A stretch of DNA of 64,000 nucleotides from Eledone cirrhosa (taxonomy: Eukaryota). The notes under the pieces were generated by a model, which saw only the letters and a list, made by a program, of their open reading frames with translations, was not told the DNA's origin and made no database searches. The first letter of the stretch is position 1; each line of letters begins with the position of its first letter. Positions 1-12,820 of this stretch are shown piece after piece. The stretch lies in assembly GCA_964016885.1 (NCBI GenBank), contig OZ024746.1, positions 23,684,001 through 23,748,000 of the forward strand. Direction: 5' to 3'. Both the position numbers and the translations under genes were made by a program.

Positions 1-389
1 TTTACACAAACATGAATTAGCCTACATAAAACAGATACTTCTACTTCTTCTCATATATCTATCTATCTATATATATATATTTATAGTCTTACTTCTTTTA
101 TAAAAAGTGAACATTTGTATTTCAATATCTAAGTCAATTGAACATTTTCATTTGTTTAAGCTGTGCTGCCCATAAATTACTGAGATCACGCTGTGCATCT
201 GTTTAAGCTATAAACCAATATAACCTTTACGTAGCCAAATATAAAATGTGTAGAGTTAGCCAACATTTTCAATCAATTTAATGACTCTTCTATGTTCTAT
301 AAATAATAATTCTAATTTGTTAACTTCCTGTTCTGTCTAACAAATGTCACCAACATTATTCTCTCTGGATTTATCACAGTCACTAAATA

Positions 390-570
390 ATTGTTTCTAC
401 TTTAGGCACAAGGCCAGCAATTACCCAGTGCATTACTGGTACTTTATTTTATCGACCCCGTAAGGATGAAAGGCAAAGTCAACCTCGGCGGGATTTGAAC
501 TCAGATCGTAAAGGGACGTAACTATGCTGGAAAGCATGGCGTCCGACCCTCTACCGATACTGCCAATCCA
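390..570 (-). mobile_element. tRNA-derived SINE family A (about 180 bp, Meta-domain-like core), young copy
   Basis: Minus strand reads ggattggcagtatcggtagag (A-box-like) ... gagttcaaatccc (B-box) ... gcctttcatccttacggggtcgataaaataaagtaccag ... gtagaaacaattatt. It is nearly identical to the copies at 5890 and 6105. The Meta-domain assignment is from memory of the consensus. Confidence 0.85.
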
Positions 571-639
571 TTGCCCTTCACAGTCACTAAATAATAGTTT
601 CTGATTTAGGTACAAGGCCAACAATTTTGGGGAGGAGAA

Positions 640-1040
640 ATCTGAGTTCAAATCCCACTGAGGTTAGTTTTGCCTTTCATTCTTATGGGATCGATAAAAT
701 AAAGTACCAGTAAATCACTGGGGTCAATTTAATTGACTTCCCCCGCCACCTCCACATTGTTGAGCTTGTGCCTAAATCAGAAACCATTATTATTATGATG
801 ATGATGGTGAGGATGTGTCTTGACTTCAGTATTCAGAAAAGCTGGAATATTAATTAATTGTTTCTACTTTCGGCACAAGGCCAGCAATTACATAGTGCAT
901 TACTGGTACTTTATTTTATCGACCCCATAAGGATGAAAGGCAAAGTTAACCTCGGTGGGATTTGAACTCAGAATGGCAAGGGCCGTAACTCTATGCGGCA
1001 AAGCATGGCGTCAGACCCTCTACCGATACTGCCATTCCAC
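640..1040. mobile_element. Two further SINE A copies (partial + strand 640-790; - strand 858-1040)
   Basis: Same B-box and gtcgataaaataaagtaccag core, in opposite orientations. Confidence 0.75.
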
Positions 1041-4000
1041 CATATCTACCAGCTGGAATATTAATTAATAAAATGTTTTCCATGATGACATATAGCTTTT
1101 CTTTTATCAGTTACAAGAACCAGTTCATAGCAGACTGATGTAATAGACAATTTAACTGAACTCTTTCTTACTTATTATATTTACAATTTTTATTCTTTTA
1201 CTGGTTTCAATCATTTGACTGTGGCCATGCTGGGGCACCACTTTAACAACATCTCAAGTGCTAATGCCACAATAAAATTCACCCAGTACACTCAGTAAAG
1301 TCATTGACAATTGGAAACAACATAGTGTAGAACAACCTCTCCAGTGCTGGTGCTATGAAAAGATGCACCCAGTACACTCTGTAAAGTCATTGACAATTGA
1401 TTGGAGACAACAGTGTCGAAATGGCTCTTTAGTCTTGTCAAAGAAATAACAATCACCAACATTTAGAATGTATAAATGTGATGTGGTTCCGTGCCCCATT
1501 TTTGAAAGTAGCATCTCTGAATAAGATATTAGTTCTGTCTCTAATAACCCATCTTAACAACTTTCTTTCTAATTTTTTTACCAACTACTGAGTAGAATAT
1601 TTGATGATTTGTGCAAAAAATATCTTAAATTGAAAGTTATTGCTTGGCAACATATTGATGTGCACTGCACCAATACAAATGACTGTGTGGACATACACTT
1701 GCACAACTTAAATGGAACATTACACCCAACCCATATTAGTGTGAAAGTGGGTGTAAAATATTAGTTTCTAATTTTGGCACAAGACCAGCAATTTTTGGTG
1801 GGGGAGGGAGGGAAAGTCGATTATATTGATCCCAGTTCTTTACTAACATTTTATTTTTGTTTTGTAAAAACTGATGCCTTCTTGTTATTATTTCCACCAG
1901 CTCAACCCAGCGCAGCCCAGTCAAGCCCAACCCAGCCCATCCCAGCCCATTGCTCTCGCTATGGCAGCAATTATGAGTGTGAATTAATTTATCAATTGGT
2001 TTCTGAGAAATATTTTGATTAACAAATCTTCTATTGTCTACAGATACATTTCTTCATAGTTACAGTTGCAAACCATCAAATAATATTATATAAGACTTTA
2101 TCTCTTGTTGAAACAGCTGCCTGCAAGGAATCTATATTGATTATTGATAATTCAAGACATTGATTAAAGATTTGTTTGTTTATTATTTTATTTTTTATTA
2201 TTTACTTTTTTTTTCTTCTTTATCTTGTCTTCTTATCTATTTCCATTTTTGGTGTTTCCTTTGAGGCAGTCTAGACATATTGAACATTGTTGCTAAATAA
2301 ACATGGAATTCTTTGATAGAAAGAGAAAAACATGGTTACACCTGGAATGCACAGGAAATCTTATTAAAAGATCAGAAGAAATTCTGGAGGAAAAATATTG
2401 TTAATCTTCATCTATTTATCTATTTTTCCCATTTATTTACGCTATATATTTATTTTTATATAGACACATTCTATTTCATTTTTTTTTTTTACTCCAAGCT
2501 CTTATAGATTAATCCATCCATTCACAATTAAATATTTTTTAAAAATATAGATTCAAAGGCTTCAAGGAAATTAATGCAACACATGTTATATTTATTTACT
2601 TTTTTAAACTGTGATTTAACCCAACTAACTTATATACATATTATGGTAAGTGTCTTGTTCACAGTTACTGTAAGATTAAAATGTCATCTATTGAGGGAAA
2701 TATCAAGACATCATGTCATCTGTGTAACAACTTTAATCCAAACCAATGGTTCTTAAACCTTTTTTTGCTCCATACATCACAATAACACATGGAAAAAATA
2801 ATAATTAGCACATTTTCCACCACCACCACTATCACCTATGATGCTCTACCAACACTCTCATCCACTGCCTTTTAAAATATAAATAAATATAAGAAATATA
2901 ATTAAATGTGATAACTATCTGTCCATGGACCCTTAATTCTTAACAGAATCATGGGGGTGGGTGGGGGGTGGGGGGCAGTTAAACCTGGCAGAGTCTATCC
3001 CTTTCCAATTCAGAATGCAGGTGATTTTTTTTCAGAGAAAGTGAAAGAGAAGAATTGAGAAAGAAATATATATAGGTGAATAATCTACCCCAGTAGTGAA
3101 CTGGTATTATATTTATCAACCTCAAAAGAATTTGAACTGAGGGTGAAGAGAACGAGAACCAATACAATAAAGCAGTCTATCCAATGTACTAACAACTCTG
3201 CCAATTTACCACCTAAAGTGATTACTCCACCGTTATGTGGGTCGGAAGAGCATCCATCTGTAAAAAAGCAATTACTCTGATATAACAGCAAAAATACAAG
3301 AGAAAACTAAAAAATATTTATCGGCATATAATCCAATTATTGGTGATCAATTGGTGTTCAATAATCTATCAATATATGGAAAGTATGACAAATATAGTTA
3401 ATAGTTTGATCCTTTTTTTATTTTTTCTTTATAAATATATAGAAGCCCAGCAGCACGAAAAACAAGAGCTGTTAAAAGGGTGGATGAACTCCTCAGAGTT
3501 ATCTGCCATCCAACCGAACTATGGGTTAAATAGCCTCACCAACCTGCAATTGGCCAAGTGTAGTGTGTATGGCTACATCCTTGACATTAACAAAATCAAA
3601 TAGAAAGTGGTGGAGGTCAACCAAGGAGAGGCTCCTCCAACAGTAGTAAGGAAACCTTGGATTGGATTGAATAGTGAAGGATATAATAGATTCTGTGAAT
3701 ATTTACAGCAGTGATACACAGAACTATAACAATTTTTTTTATTCAACTATAATAAATCTTTAACAAAAACAAGATCTGAAAATGGTTGATCAAAAAGAGA
3801 TCATATTTATACATATATACATTACTTAGTGGTTAGGCTGTTTGATTCATAAACATAAAGTTGTAATTTTAATTTCTGGATTGAACAGCACAGTTAGTCC
3901 TTGAGCAAGACACTTTATTTTTTTATACCTTCAGCCTAATACAATGTGCATCTTTTCTCCTTTTTCCAATTATGTGCCCCCCTCCTAAAAAAATTATTTC

Positions 4001-4260
4001 AACTTACAGTTTGGCAAGTTGACACAAATCTGGTTCTTGACACTTCTTGCTCTGACGACAAAAAAAAAAAAAAAATATTGAGATTGCGTTATTCACTACA
4101 TGGTCTAAACTAATCCATGTTAAATTATGTTACAGGTCAATGAAAACCAAGCAGATATGTTACAATGCATGGAATGTGACTTAGAAGCTGATGTAATCAT
4201 CTTAAGGGTTTTAGGAAGAACTTACTTTTCATTGCTACAAACTTTACATATATTCTTTTA

Positions 4261-4600
4261 TTCTACTCTAATCCTCCTGGTTCCAGACATTAGGATATGG
4301 CCATACTGGGACACTACCATTTATTCTGTATTTCATCGCCTGGTTTCAGACATTAGACTGTGACCATACTGGGGTACCACCTTCTATTCTACTATAATCC
4401 TCCTGGTTCCAGACATTTTGATATGGCCATACTGGGACACTACCATTTATTCTGTATTTCATCGCCTGGTTTCAGACATTAGACTGTGACCATACTGGGG
4501 TACCACCTTCTATTCTACTATAATCCTCATGGTTCCAGACATTTTGATATGGCCATACTGTGACACTACCATTTATTCTGTCTTTCATCTCCTGGTTTCA
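4261..4600. repeat. Tandem repeat with a 126-bp period, built from two related ~63-bp subunits
   Basis: ttctact(c/a)taatcctc recurs at 4261, 4387 and 4513. Both subunits share cctggtt(c/t)cagacatt...ccatactggg. Confidence 0.9.
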
Positions 4601-4835
4601 ATTATTACAGGTGCACCTATTTCAAATTTCTCTCTATCCTCTCTCTCACCTCTCTTTCTCTCCCCCCCCCTCTCTCGCTCTCTCTCTCTCTATATATATA
4701 TATATATGCATATACAGATGTGAAAATACGCACTTAATCTTTCATTTTATGCTTTTAAAATCTGAGTTCATTTCCATAAGTAACTGTCAATGTACATACA
4801 GACAGTACAGTCCCTACTTTCTGCTGCCATTAACT

Positions 4836-4875
4836 ATGTATGTATGTCTGTCTATCTGTATGTATGTGTGTATGA

Positions 4876-4906
<31 letters not shown>

Positions 4907-5280
4907 TGTATGTATGTATGTATGTATGTATGTATGTATGTATGTATGTATGTGTGTATGTATGTGGTATGTATGTATGTATGTGGTATGTATGTATGTA
5001 TGTATGTATGTATGTATGTATGTATGTATGTATGTATGTGTGCATACATGTATGTATGTATGCATATTTGTTTGTATGTATGTATATATCAATGTATGCA
5101 TGTATGTATGAATGTATGTATGTATGCATATTTGTATGTATGTATATATGTATGCATGCATGCATGTATGTATGAGTGTATGTATGTATGTATGAGTGTA
5201 TGTATGTATGTATGTGTGTATGTATGTGTGTAATGTGTGTATGTGTGTGTGTATGTACATGTGTATGTATATATGCATAT
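4836..5280. repeat. (TATG)n microsatellite
   Basis: Direct reading. Confidence 0.95.
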
Positions 5281-5667
5281 GTTCTCAGTTGCCTGTCAAA
5301 AACTGTCAAAGTGGACTGAGCAACAAAGGTCACTCCCAATCTCAGCATCGAAGTGTGACAGCTACATAGAAGCAAGACAATACAGCCAAATATGGCAATA
5401 AAAACAACAACAACAACATAAACAACAATGTAAAGAACAATGAAATAATGATGAAAATGTTAACTTTTTTTCTTTAACATTCTCATTACCATATTTCTAC
5501 TGAAAGACACTGTCAATGATTTTCAAATAATCCTGAAAATAATCAAGAATTTGGAGGATTTAGTAATGTAAATAACTTCGTTGTTGAGAACATAACACAA
5601 CTAAAGTTCTTACATAAATTTATGATGGAAGATTTTTAGATAAATATAAGTAAACACTTTGAAATAA

Positions 5668-6400
5668 TGGTTTCTACTTTAGGCACAAGAACAGCAATTT
5701 TTGGGGGTGAGATGAAAGTTGATTAAATTGACTCCAGTGGATTACTGGTCCTTTATTTTATTGACCTCAAGGCAAAGCTAGCCTTGGCGGGATTTGAACT
5801 CAGACCACAAAGGGACGTAACTCTATGCTGCAAAGCATGGTTGTCCAACACTCTACCGATACTGCCAATACACTGCCCTCAATAATAATAATTGTTTCTA
5901 CTTTAAGCACAAGGCCAGCAATTACCCAGTGCATTACTGGTACTTTATTTTATCGACCCCGTAAGGATGAAAGGCAAAGTCAACCTCGGCGGGATTTGAA
6001 CTCAGATCGTAAAGGGACGTAACTATGCTGGAAAGCATGGCGTCCGACCCTCTACCGATACTGCCAATCCACCAATAATAATAATGATAATAATAATGAT
6101 AATAATTGTTTTTACTTTAGGCACAAGGCCAGCAATTACCCAGTGTATTACTGGTACTTTGATTTATCGACCCCGTAAGGATGAAAGGCAAAGTCAACCT
6201 CGGCGGGATTTGAACTCAGATCGTAAAGGGACGTAACTATGCTGGAAAGCATGGCGTCCGACCCTCTACCGATACTGCCAATCCACAATGGTTCCTGATT
6301 TAGGCACAAAGCCAGCAATTTTTTTTTGGAGGAAGGTCAATTAATTCGACCCCAGTGTGTTACTGGTACTTTATTTAATTGACCCCATAAGGATGAAAGA
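5668..6400 (-). mobile_element. Head-to-tail cluster of four SINE A copies
   Basis: Copies at about 5668-5875, 5890-6072, 6105-6286 and 6290-6400 (partial), all on the minus strand, with (aat)n spacers between the first three. Confidence 0.85.
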
Positions 6401-7207
6401 CAATGTGAAATAATAATAATAATGATGATGATGATGATAGTCATTATCATTATTATTATTATTATGATGATGATGATAATAATTCTCAAGTCCAAATGGT
6501 TACACCTTAGCAAGAAGCCATTTGTGATTATAAATTTCCATCTCAGCCAATTTTCAATTATATTGAATTTGCAAACTTTTCTTCAGCTACATCAAATAAT
6601 TCTTTAAATTAATATTATCCTACATCAAAATCAATTTTTAGGTGGAGAATCATCAATATTGATGGAATCTTAGCTCTGAAGGAACTATGAAGAATGGTCA
6701 TCTCTGTGTGCTTTATATTTTTTCATGCTAAATAATTAAAACAAAACCCTAACAAATATGGTCATCCCTATGGTTGAGTGGTTAAAGAGTTTGCTTTGTA
6801 ATCACATAGTTTTAGGTTCAATCTCACTGAATTGTACCTAGGATAAGTTTATTTTTTTATCGCCTTGGGTTGAGCAATTGTTTGTGCATGAAATATAGTA
6901 GTAGGAATCTGCAGAAAACTATTGTTTCATGTAACTGCCAGATGAAGCAATAGCCAATATACATATATATATGAATACATACATGTGTATTTTTTCTCAA
7001 TCTTTTTTCCATTCCTTCCTCTTCTCATTCTCTTTCTATTTCATCTTTTATTTCTCATTCTATCTTCTGATGAAGGACTAGTGTGTGAAACGTTAATACT
7101 CTTTTCCTATTATTTCAAGCATTAAACTAATATATTTCTTCACTGTACTGTGTCATTTACTTTGTTATTCACGTTTACTTTATATATATATATAAATATA
7201 TATATAT

Positions 7208-7922
7208 ATCAACTCTGGATGTCGGTGAGCATGTCCAGCTAACCTCTGTCTCCTCTGTATCACTTTTGAGCTGACTTTTGGGAGGCTCCCGTACAGCTCT
7301 GAGATTTTCATCCTCAGTGAATACTGATTAATGTTCAGAGCCATCCTCAGCATTCTCGTGTAGCACCCATCCACCATCTGAGTGAATTTCTTGGTCAGTG
7401 TCCAAGTCTCAGACCCATACAGCGGCACAGACTCCACTACAGCAACGGAGAGACGGATCTTCAGGTCTTTACGAAGGTCTGACTTCTACACCGATCTCAA
7501 GCTGTGGCACGCCGCCCAGGCTTTGCTCTTCCTCTCGACCACATCATCCTCCGTATTCCCAATCTTTGCTCCCAAATACAGGAAGTCCTCAACCAATTCT
7601 AGCAGCTTCCTGCCTACATTATTAATCTTCTCTGGCTTCTTAATATTCTCTACCAGATATTTCATCTTAATCTCATTCATTCTCAGCCCCACACTCATCG
7701 ACGCAGTTACCACCTCCTGCATCAAATCCTCTGCCTCCTTCACTGTGTTTGTCACCAAAACTATGTCATCGGCAAATACAGCATCCGATATCTTTTTCGC
7801 CTTAACTCTCCTGCTCTGAGCTGGTGTTACAGTAAAGCCTGGTGTTTCTCCAGCACAAGGCGCATACAATAGTCCACTGCAATGATAAAAAGGTAGGGAG
7901 CCAATGTATTTCTCTGGAGCAA
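7208..7922 (-). mobile_element. RTE-clade LINE reverse-transcriptase fragment (inverted 5' part), frameshifted
   Basis: Minus-strand translations give LQRNTLAPYLFIIAVDYCMR, FADDIVL, VEDFLYLG, VPLYGSETWTL and RLAGHAHRHPEL. Confidence 0.9.
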
Positions 7923-7985
7923 TCAAAGAAAAAAATCGAAGCCAAAATACAGTTCCATTCTAGCAAGGTGGCCAGACTTGTCCAT

Positions 7986-8170
7986 GCACTTAGTGCTCCT
8001 GTGGGAGCCCCTACATGGACACACTGGAAGAGGAAGACAAAGTTAACATATGTTGATGCCCTAAGGACAGACACTGGTCTCTTGGAGATGCAGGACATGG
8101 CAGCGATAATGAGGGACAGAGACCACTGGAGAGAACTTGTCCATGGACCTCGGGAATTTTACCTGCCCTA
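7986..8170 (+). mobile_element. 3' end of the same RTE LINE, in forward orientation
   Basis: HLVLLWEPLHGHTGRGRQ / KLTYVDALRTDTG...MRDRDHWRELV continues the protein where the minus-strand part stops. Confidence 0.8.
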
Positions 8171-8356
8171 TATATATATATATAAATACACACACACACA
8201 CATATATTATCACCATCATCATCGTTTAATGTCTATCTTCCACGCTAGCATGGGTTAGATGGGAATTGTCCCATTTGAGGCAAGATTGGTTGGGTGACCA
8301 TGTCTCGCTCGTATAGGACTATCTCGCAGGTTTTCTACGGCTGGATGCCCTTCCTA

Positions 8357-8399
<43 letters not shown>

Positions 8400-8400
8400 T

Positions 8401-8744
8401 ATCATCATTTCATTTTTTTCATTTTACGTCTGCTTTTCCCTGCTTGCAAGGGTGGGACAGGAACTGATTTTGGCTTGATTTCTACAGCTGGATGCCCTTC
8501 CTAACACCAACCTCATTTACAGTGAGTGCTGGGTCCTTTTTTGCCGTGGCACCTCCACGACCACTTTGCAGTGGAATGATATGGACCCCAGTCCCTATCA
8601 TCTCATTTCTACAGCTGAGTAAACTGGAGCAATATGAAATAAAGTGTCTTGCTCAAGGAAACAAGACATCACCCGGTCTGAGAATTGAACTCACAACCTT
8701 TCGATTGCAAGGCCAATGCTCTAACCACTAAGCCATGTGCCTCC
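8401..8744 (-). mobile_element. SINE family B (tRNA head + CORE-like domain + RTE-derived body and tail)
   Basis: Minus strand reads ggaggcacatggcttagtggttag ... gagttcaattc ... ccttgagcaagacactttatttca ... ttaggaagggcatccagctgtag ... cccacccttgcaagcagggaaaagcagacgtaaaatg. Confidence 0.88.
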
Positions 8745-9014
8745 ATATATATATATATATATATATCATCATTATCATCATTCAACATCATTTTCCATGC
8801 TTCATGAAGATTAGATGGGTCGTCCATGTTATGAAACAAGTTTGGCCACCTTGCTCAAATGGAACTATATTTTGGCTTAGATTTTTACAACTAGATGCAC
8901 TTCCTAACACCAACCACGTTTACAGTGTGTAACTGGGTGGTCCCATTATAAGGGAGATCTGACCAGTTGGCTATGTCATGCCTTGCTCATAGTAGGGGCA
9001 GTATTTGGGCTGGG

Positions 9015-9524
9015 TATATATACATAAATGGCAATTTCTGTTTGTTTGTGTGTGTGTTGGTTTGTGGATTTGCTTGTGAACCTAAAACTCAAAAACTACC
9101 AAACCGATCTTGATGAAACTTAACACGTGTGTGGGGCTCATGCCAATTTGATTTCTTATGTATATTTCATTCTAATCAAAGGGTTCCCTGGGGGCTCAAA
9201 CCCCTACTGAAAATCTTTTCCCTTCGATTTATATGAAATTTAAACCATAGGGAAATTTCAGCAAATTTCAATAGTATTAAGACACTCTAATGGGCGTTCT
9301 ATTTTTTTCCTTATAGCAACACTCAACTTCTCTGACAAACATTTTTTTGCCTGATCAATGTAATCAACAATATTTGTTTGTATTATTGTTTCGTAAATGA
9401 ATTTGTCTTCGCTTTTCATTATCTGTCTTATATTTTGATTTCATTTTTGGTCTGTGAGGCATTGGGCATTTTAATGAGAACTGGGAATGCCCCCGCTCCC
9501 GGGTATTACTGGGTACCTCAGCTA

Positions 9525-9525
<1 letters not shown>
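9015..9525 (+). mobile_element. Non-autonomous Helitron-like element
   Basis: 3' end is a cccgggtattactggg hairpin followed by ...cagCTAG|T. The 5' part has a (tttg/tgtg)n stretch and the accgatcttgatgaaactt motif common in invertebrate Helitron derivatives. Confidence 0.65.
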
Positions 9526-9586
<61 letters not shown>

Positions 9587-10059
9587 ACATCCAGATGTGT
9601 GTTTTCCGTTTATTTTTATATTTGTGTCTGTGTTTGTATGCCCCATAACTTAGTGATTAAAAAAAATCGACAAAATAAGTATCAGATTTGAAAAAAACAT
9701 GTACTGAATCCCTTCAAGATAGTGCCCCAGCATGGTCGCAGTCAAATGACTGAAACTAGTAAAAGAATAAAAGAAAGAAAGAATATGTTTATTTTTATGG
9801 AAAGCTACTTAGGAACCAATTTTATTGTTTTTTTATTATTTTGTAATTCTTTTATTTATTATTGAAGACAACATTGCACAATTCTGCATTGATACATCTT
9901 TGGTGTTATATTATTGATCAGTGCTTAATAGTGTCTCTCATGTTGTCTTGTTATTTACCAATATCTTGGTCTTCTTCAGTATTCTTAGTATTTATTGAAA
10001 TATTCTCTTTCAGATTTTACTTGACATATCAAAAGATTCAAAGTTAAACAAGTAATGTT

Positions 10060-10397
10060 GCTATCATGATAAAATACACCCAGCACACTCTGTAAAGTTG
10101 TTGGTGCAAAGAAGTATATCCTGCAGTGGAAACCTTGTCAAAAAGGGTTGCAAGAACTCTTCACTTATGTCAAGGATACGACAATGTCTCTAGTATTGGT
10201 AGCATGAAAAAATACACCCATTACACTCTGTAAAGTTGTTGGTATAAGGAAGGGTGTATTACAGTAGAAACCATGCCAAAAAGGGTTGCAAGAACTCTTC
10301 AATTGTGTCAAGGACATAGCAACATTTCTAACACTGATTCCATGATAAAATACACATAGTACACTCTTTAAAGTGGTTGGCATAAGGAAGGGTGTTA
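10060..10397 (+). repeat. Degenerate ~137-bp tandem repeat derived from the RTE/SINE-B module
   Basis: cac(c/a)...acactct(g/t)taaagt(t/g)gttgg...aagg units at about 10077, 10215 and 10352; a related array lies at 13370-13660. Confidence 0.7.
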
Positions 10398-11354
10398 AGA
10401 CTTGCTTGGAACAAAACTTAACAAAGTTTCTTACACAATATTATAAGTCAAACAAGTATTTTGCATTATCTATCAAACACACTTCAATAGAAAAAAACTG
10501 AACTTTGAATAAATCAAGTTTTGTACTTCACCCTTTACTACCATATTTCTATTGTTTTTGAATAATTTTGAAAACAATTAAGAATTTGGAGGGATTTAAT
10601 AATATAATTAAATTTCCCATTATTGAGCTGGTGTTTGGAACATAACTTAAAGATTCTTACATAAAATTATAATGAATGGTTTTTAGATGAAAGAGTTGGG
10701 TGGACCCTTAAGTTGTACCATGGACCTGACAATCTCTCTAGTGCTGGTGATAAGTGCACCCTCTACATGCTGTAAAGTTTTTGGTCATAAGAAGGACATC
10801 ATTCAATGGAAAACTTGCCCAAATAAGGGATGGGAGGACTTTGCAGTTGTCTCAAAAACATGTCAAGCTCTCTAGTGCTGGTGACATAATAAAATGAATT
10901 TGGTAGAATGTGGAACTGTATGTAAGTGAGATGCGAACTCCTGACCTATTTGAGAGGTCAGCAGCCCTGCTTTAGTACTGACTCTGTCAGTGAAGACCTA
11001 TCCAACCCTTGCTAGCAGAGAAGAGGGATATTAAATGATAATGATGATGATAAATATTTCAAGGTAAACAGCTTTTTATCATAGAACTGGGGGATGATTC
11101 AGATGGTTTGGTATCGAAAGAGTTAAAGAATTACTTGAAAGACAGGAGCCAGTTCCAGGAATGGTAGAAGAAATAAATAAGATATTAACTGAGAGACATA
11201 CACATTAACATTCTTCACACCATCCCATAACGTCAGAGTGTCTTCTGTCAGAGTAATTCCATCTATATATCACCTTTGCCTAGTTTTCCAATTTTCACAG
11301 GTGTGAAGTTTTCTCAGGAAATTGTCATCTATGTTTCTCTTATTGGAACATTGT

Positions 11355-11665
11355 TCATCATCATTATCACCCTCCTCATCTTCTTCCTCCTCCTCCTCCT
11401 CCTCCTCCTCCTCCTCCTCCTCCTCCTCCTCCTCCTCTACATTGTCATCCTCAAACCATATCACCATCTTCATCATCATCAACGTCATCAGCAGTAGCAT
11501 CAGTAGCAGCAGCATCCTCGTCATCATTGCCACCGTTACTATCATCATTATCATCGTCGTCGTCATTTGTCCTCATCATCAACATCACCCTTATCATCAT
11601 TGCCATCATCATCATCATCATTGTTGTCATCATTATCATCATCACCATCTTCAACAACAACAGCA
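11355..11665. repeat. (CCT)n/(CAT)n compound microsatellite
   Basis: Direct reading. Confidence 0.9.
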
Positions 11666-11669
11666 TGTC

Positions 11670-11850
11670 ATGGCAGTATTGGTAGGGGGTCTGACGCCAT
11701 GGTTTGATGCATAGAGTTACGGCCCTTGCCATTCTGAGTTCAAATCCCGTCAAGGTTAACTTTGCCTTTCATCCTTACGGGGTCGATAAAATAAAGTACC
11801 AGTAATGTACTGGGGAATTTGCTGGCCTAGTGCCAAAAGTAGTAACAATT
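11670..11850 (+). mobile_element. SINE A copy
   Basis: tggcagtattggtag...gagttcaaatccc...gtcgataaaataaagtaccag. Confidence 0.8.
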
Positions 11851-12087
11851 ATCATTATGATGATGATCATCATCATCATTATCATCATTATCACCAACAT
11901 CACCACTATCATCATCATCACAATTGCTGGGATTGATATGGCCGACTAAATCAAGTCATTGCCCCAGCTTGGCCATAGTTTAATGACTGAAACGAGGAAG
12001 AAAAAAAATAAAAGGATTTAAGAATTTTCCTATTTTCTTTTGGGTTCCTGAGGACATTAAAAATATTCTTGTTGCTAATCATTGAAT

Positions 12088-12298
12088 TCTTAGGCAAGTA
12101 TTTCAGTATATATGTGACAGTAAGTATTGTTATCATCATGTAGAAGAGTCTTGATTCAAATCTTAGGCAAGTATTTCAGTATATATGTGACAGTAAGTAT
12201 TGTTATCATCATGTAGAAGAGTCTTGATTCAAATCTTAGGCAAGTATTTCAGTATATATGTGACAGTAAGTATTGTTATCATCATGTATCTAGAAGAG
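12088..12298. repeat. 73-bp tandem triplication (third unit incomplete)
   Basis: tcttaggcaagtatttcagtatatatgtgacag... starts at 12088, 12161 and 12234. Confidence 0.95.
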
Positions 12299-12413
12299 TT
12301 AACTATTATTTCATGGTCAGACTAAAAATAATCAATAAAATGTAATGTTGTTATATGCTGTGATTGTGACATTGTGGTATTTTAACATTGACTTAAATCT
12401 GCTTCATCACTGA

Positions 12414-12466
<53 letters not shown>

Positions 12467-12511
12467 GTAGCAGCATCGTCATCAACTACCATTTTCGTCA
12501 TCATTATAATT

Positions 12512-12820
12512 ATGAGTTCAAATCCCGCCGAGGTTGACTTTGCCTTTCATCCTTACGGGGTCGATAAAATAAAGTACCAGTAATACACTGGGTAGTTGCT
12601 GGCCTTGTGCCTAAAGTAGAAACAATTATAATTATTCGGCAGTATCGGTAGAGTGTCAGACACCATGCTTTGCATCATAGAGTTATGGCCCTTTACGTGC
12701 TGTGTTCAAATCCCGCCGCTGTTAACTTTGCCTTTCATCCTTACAGGGTCGATAAAATAAAGTACCAGTTATGCATTGGAGGTAATTGCTGGCCTTGTGC
12801 CAAAAGTAGAAACAATTATT
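12512..12820 (+). mobile_element. Two tandem SINE A copies (first is 5'-truncated)
   Basis: Core motif present twice. Confidence 0.8.

Noticed and set aside
5281-5400. Short unique segment after an AG, and a similar one at 4135-4195, as possible exons
   Set aside because: No convincing donor site or recognisable peptide; cannot be supported without RNA data
7060-7100. ctgatga...gaaacgtta hammerhead-like motif
   Set aside because: The core words are present but stems I and II do not pair; at best a decayed copy
11140-11335. Unique-looking segment as a possible minus-strand exon
   Set aside because: All three minus-strand frames contain stops, and I recognise no protein similarity
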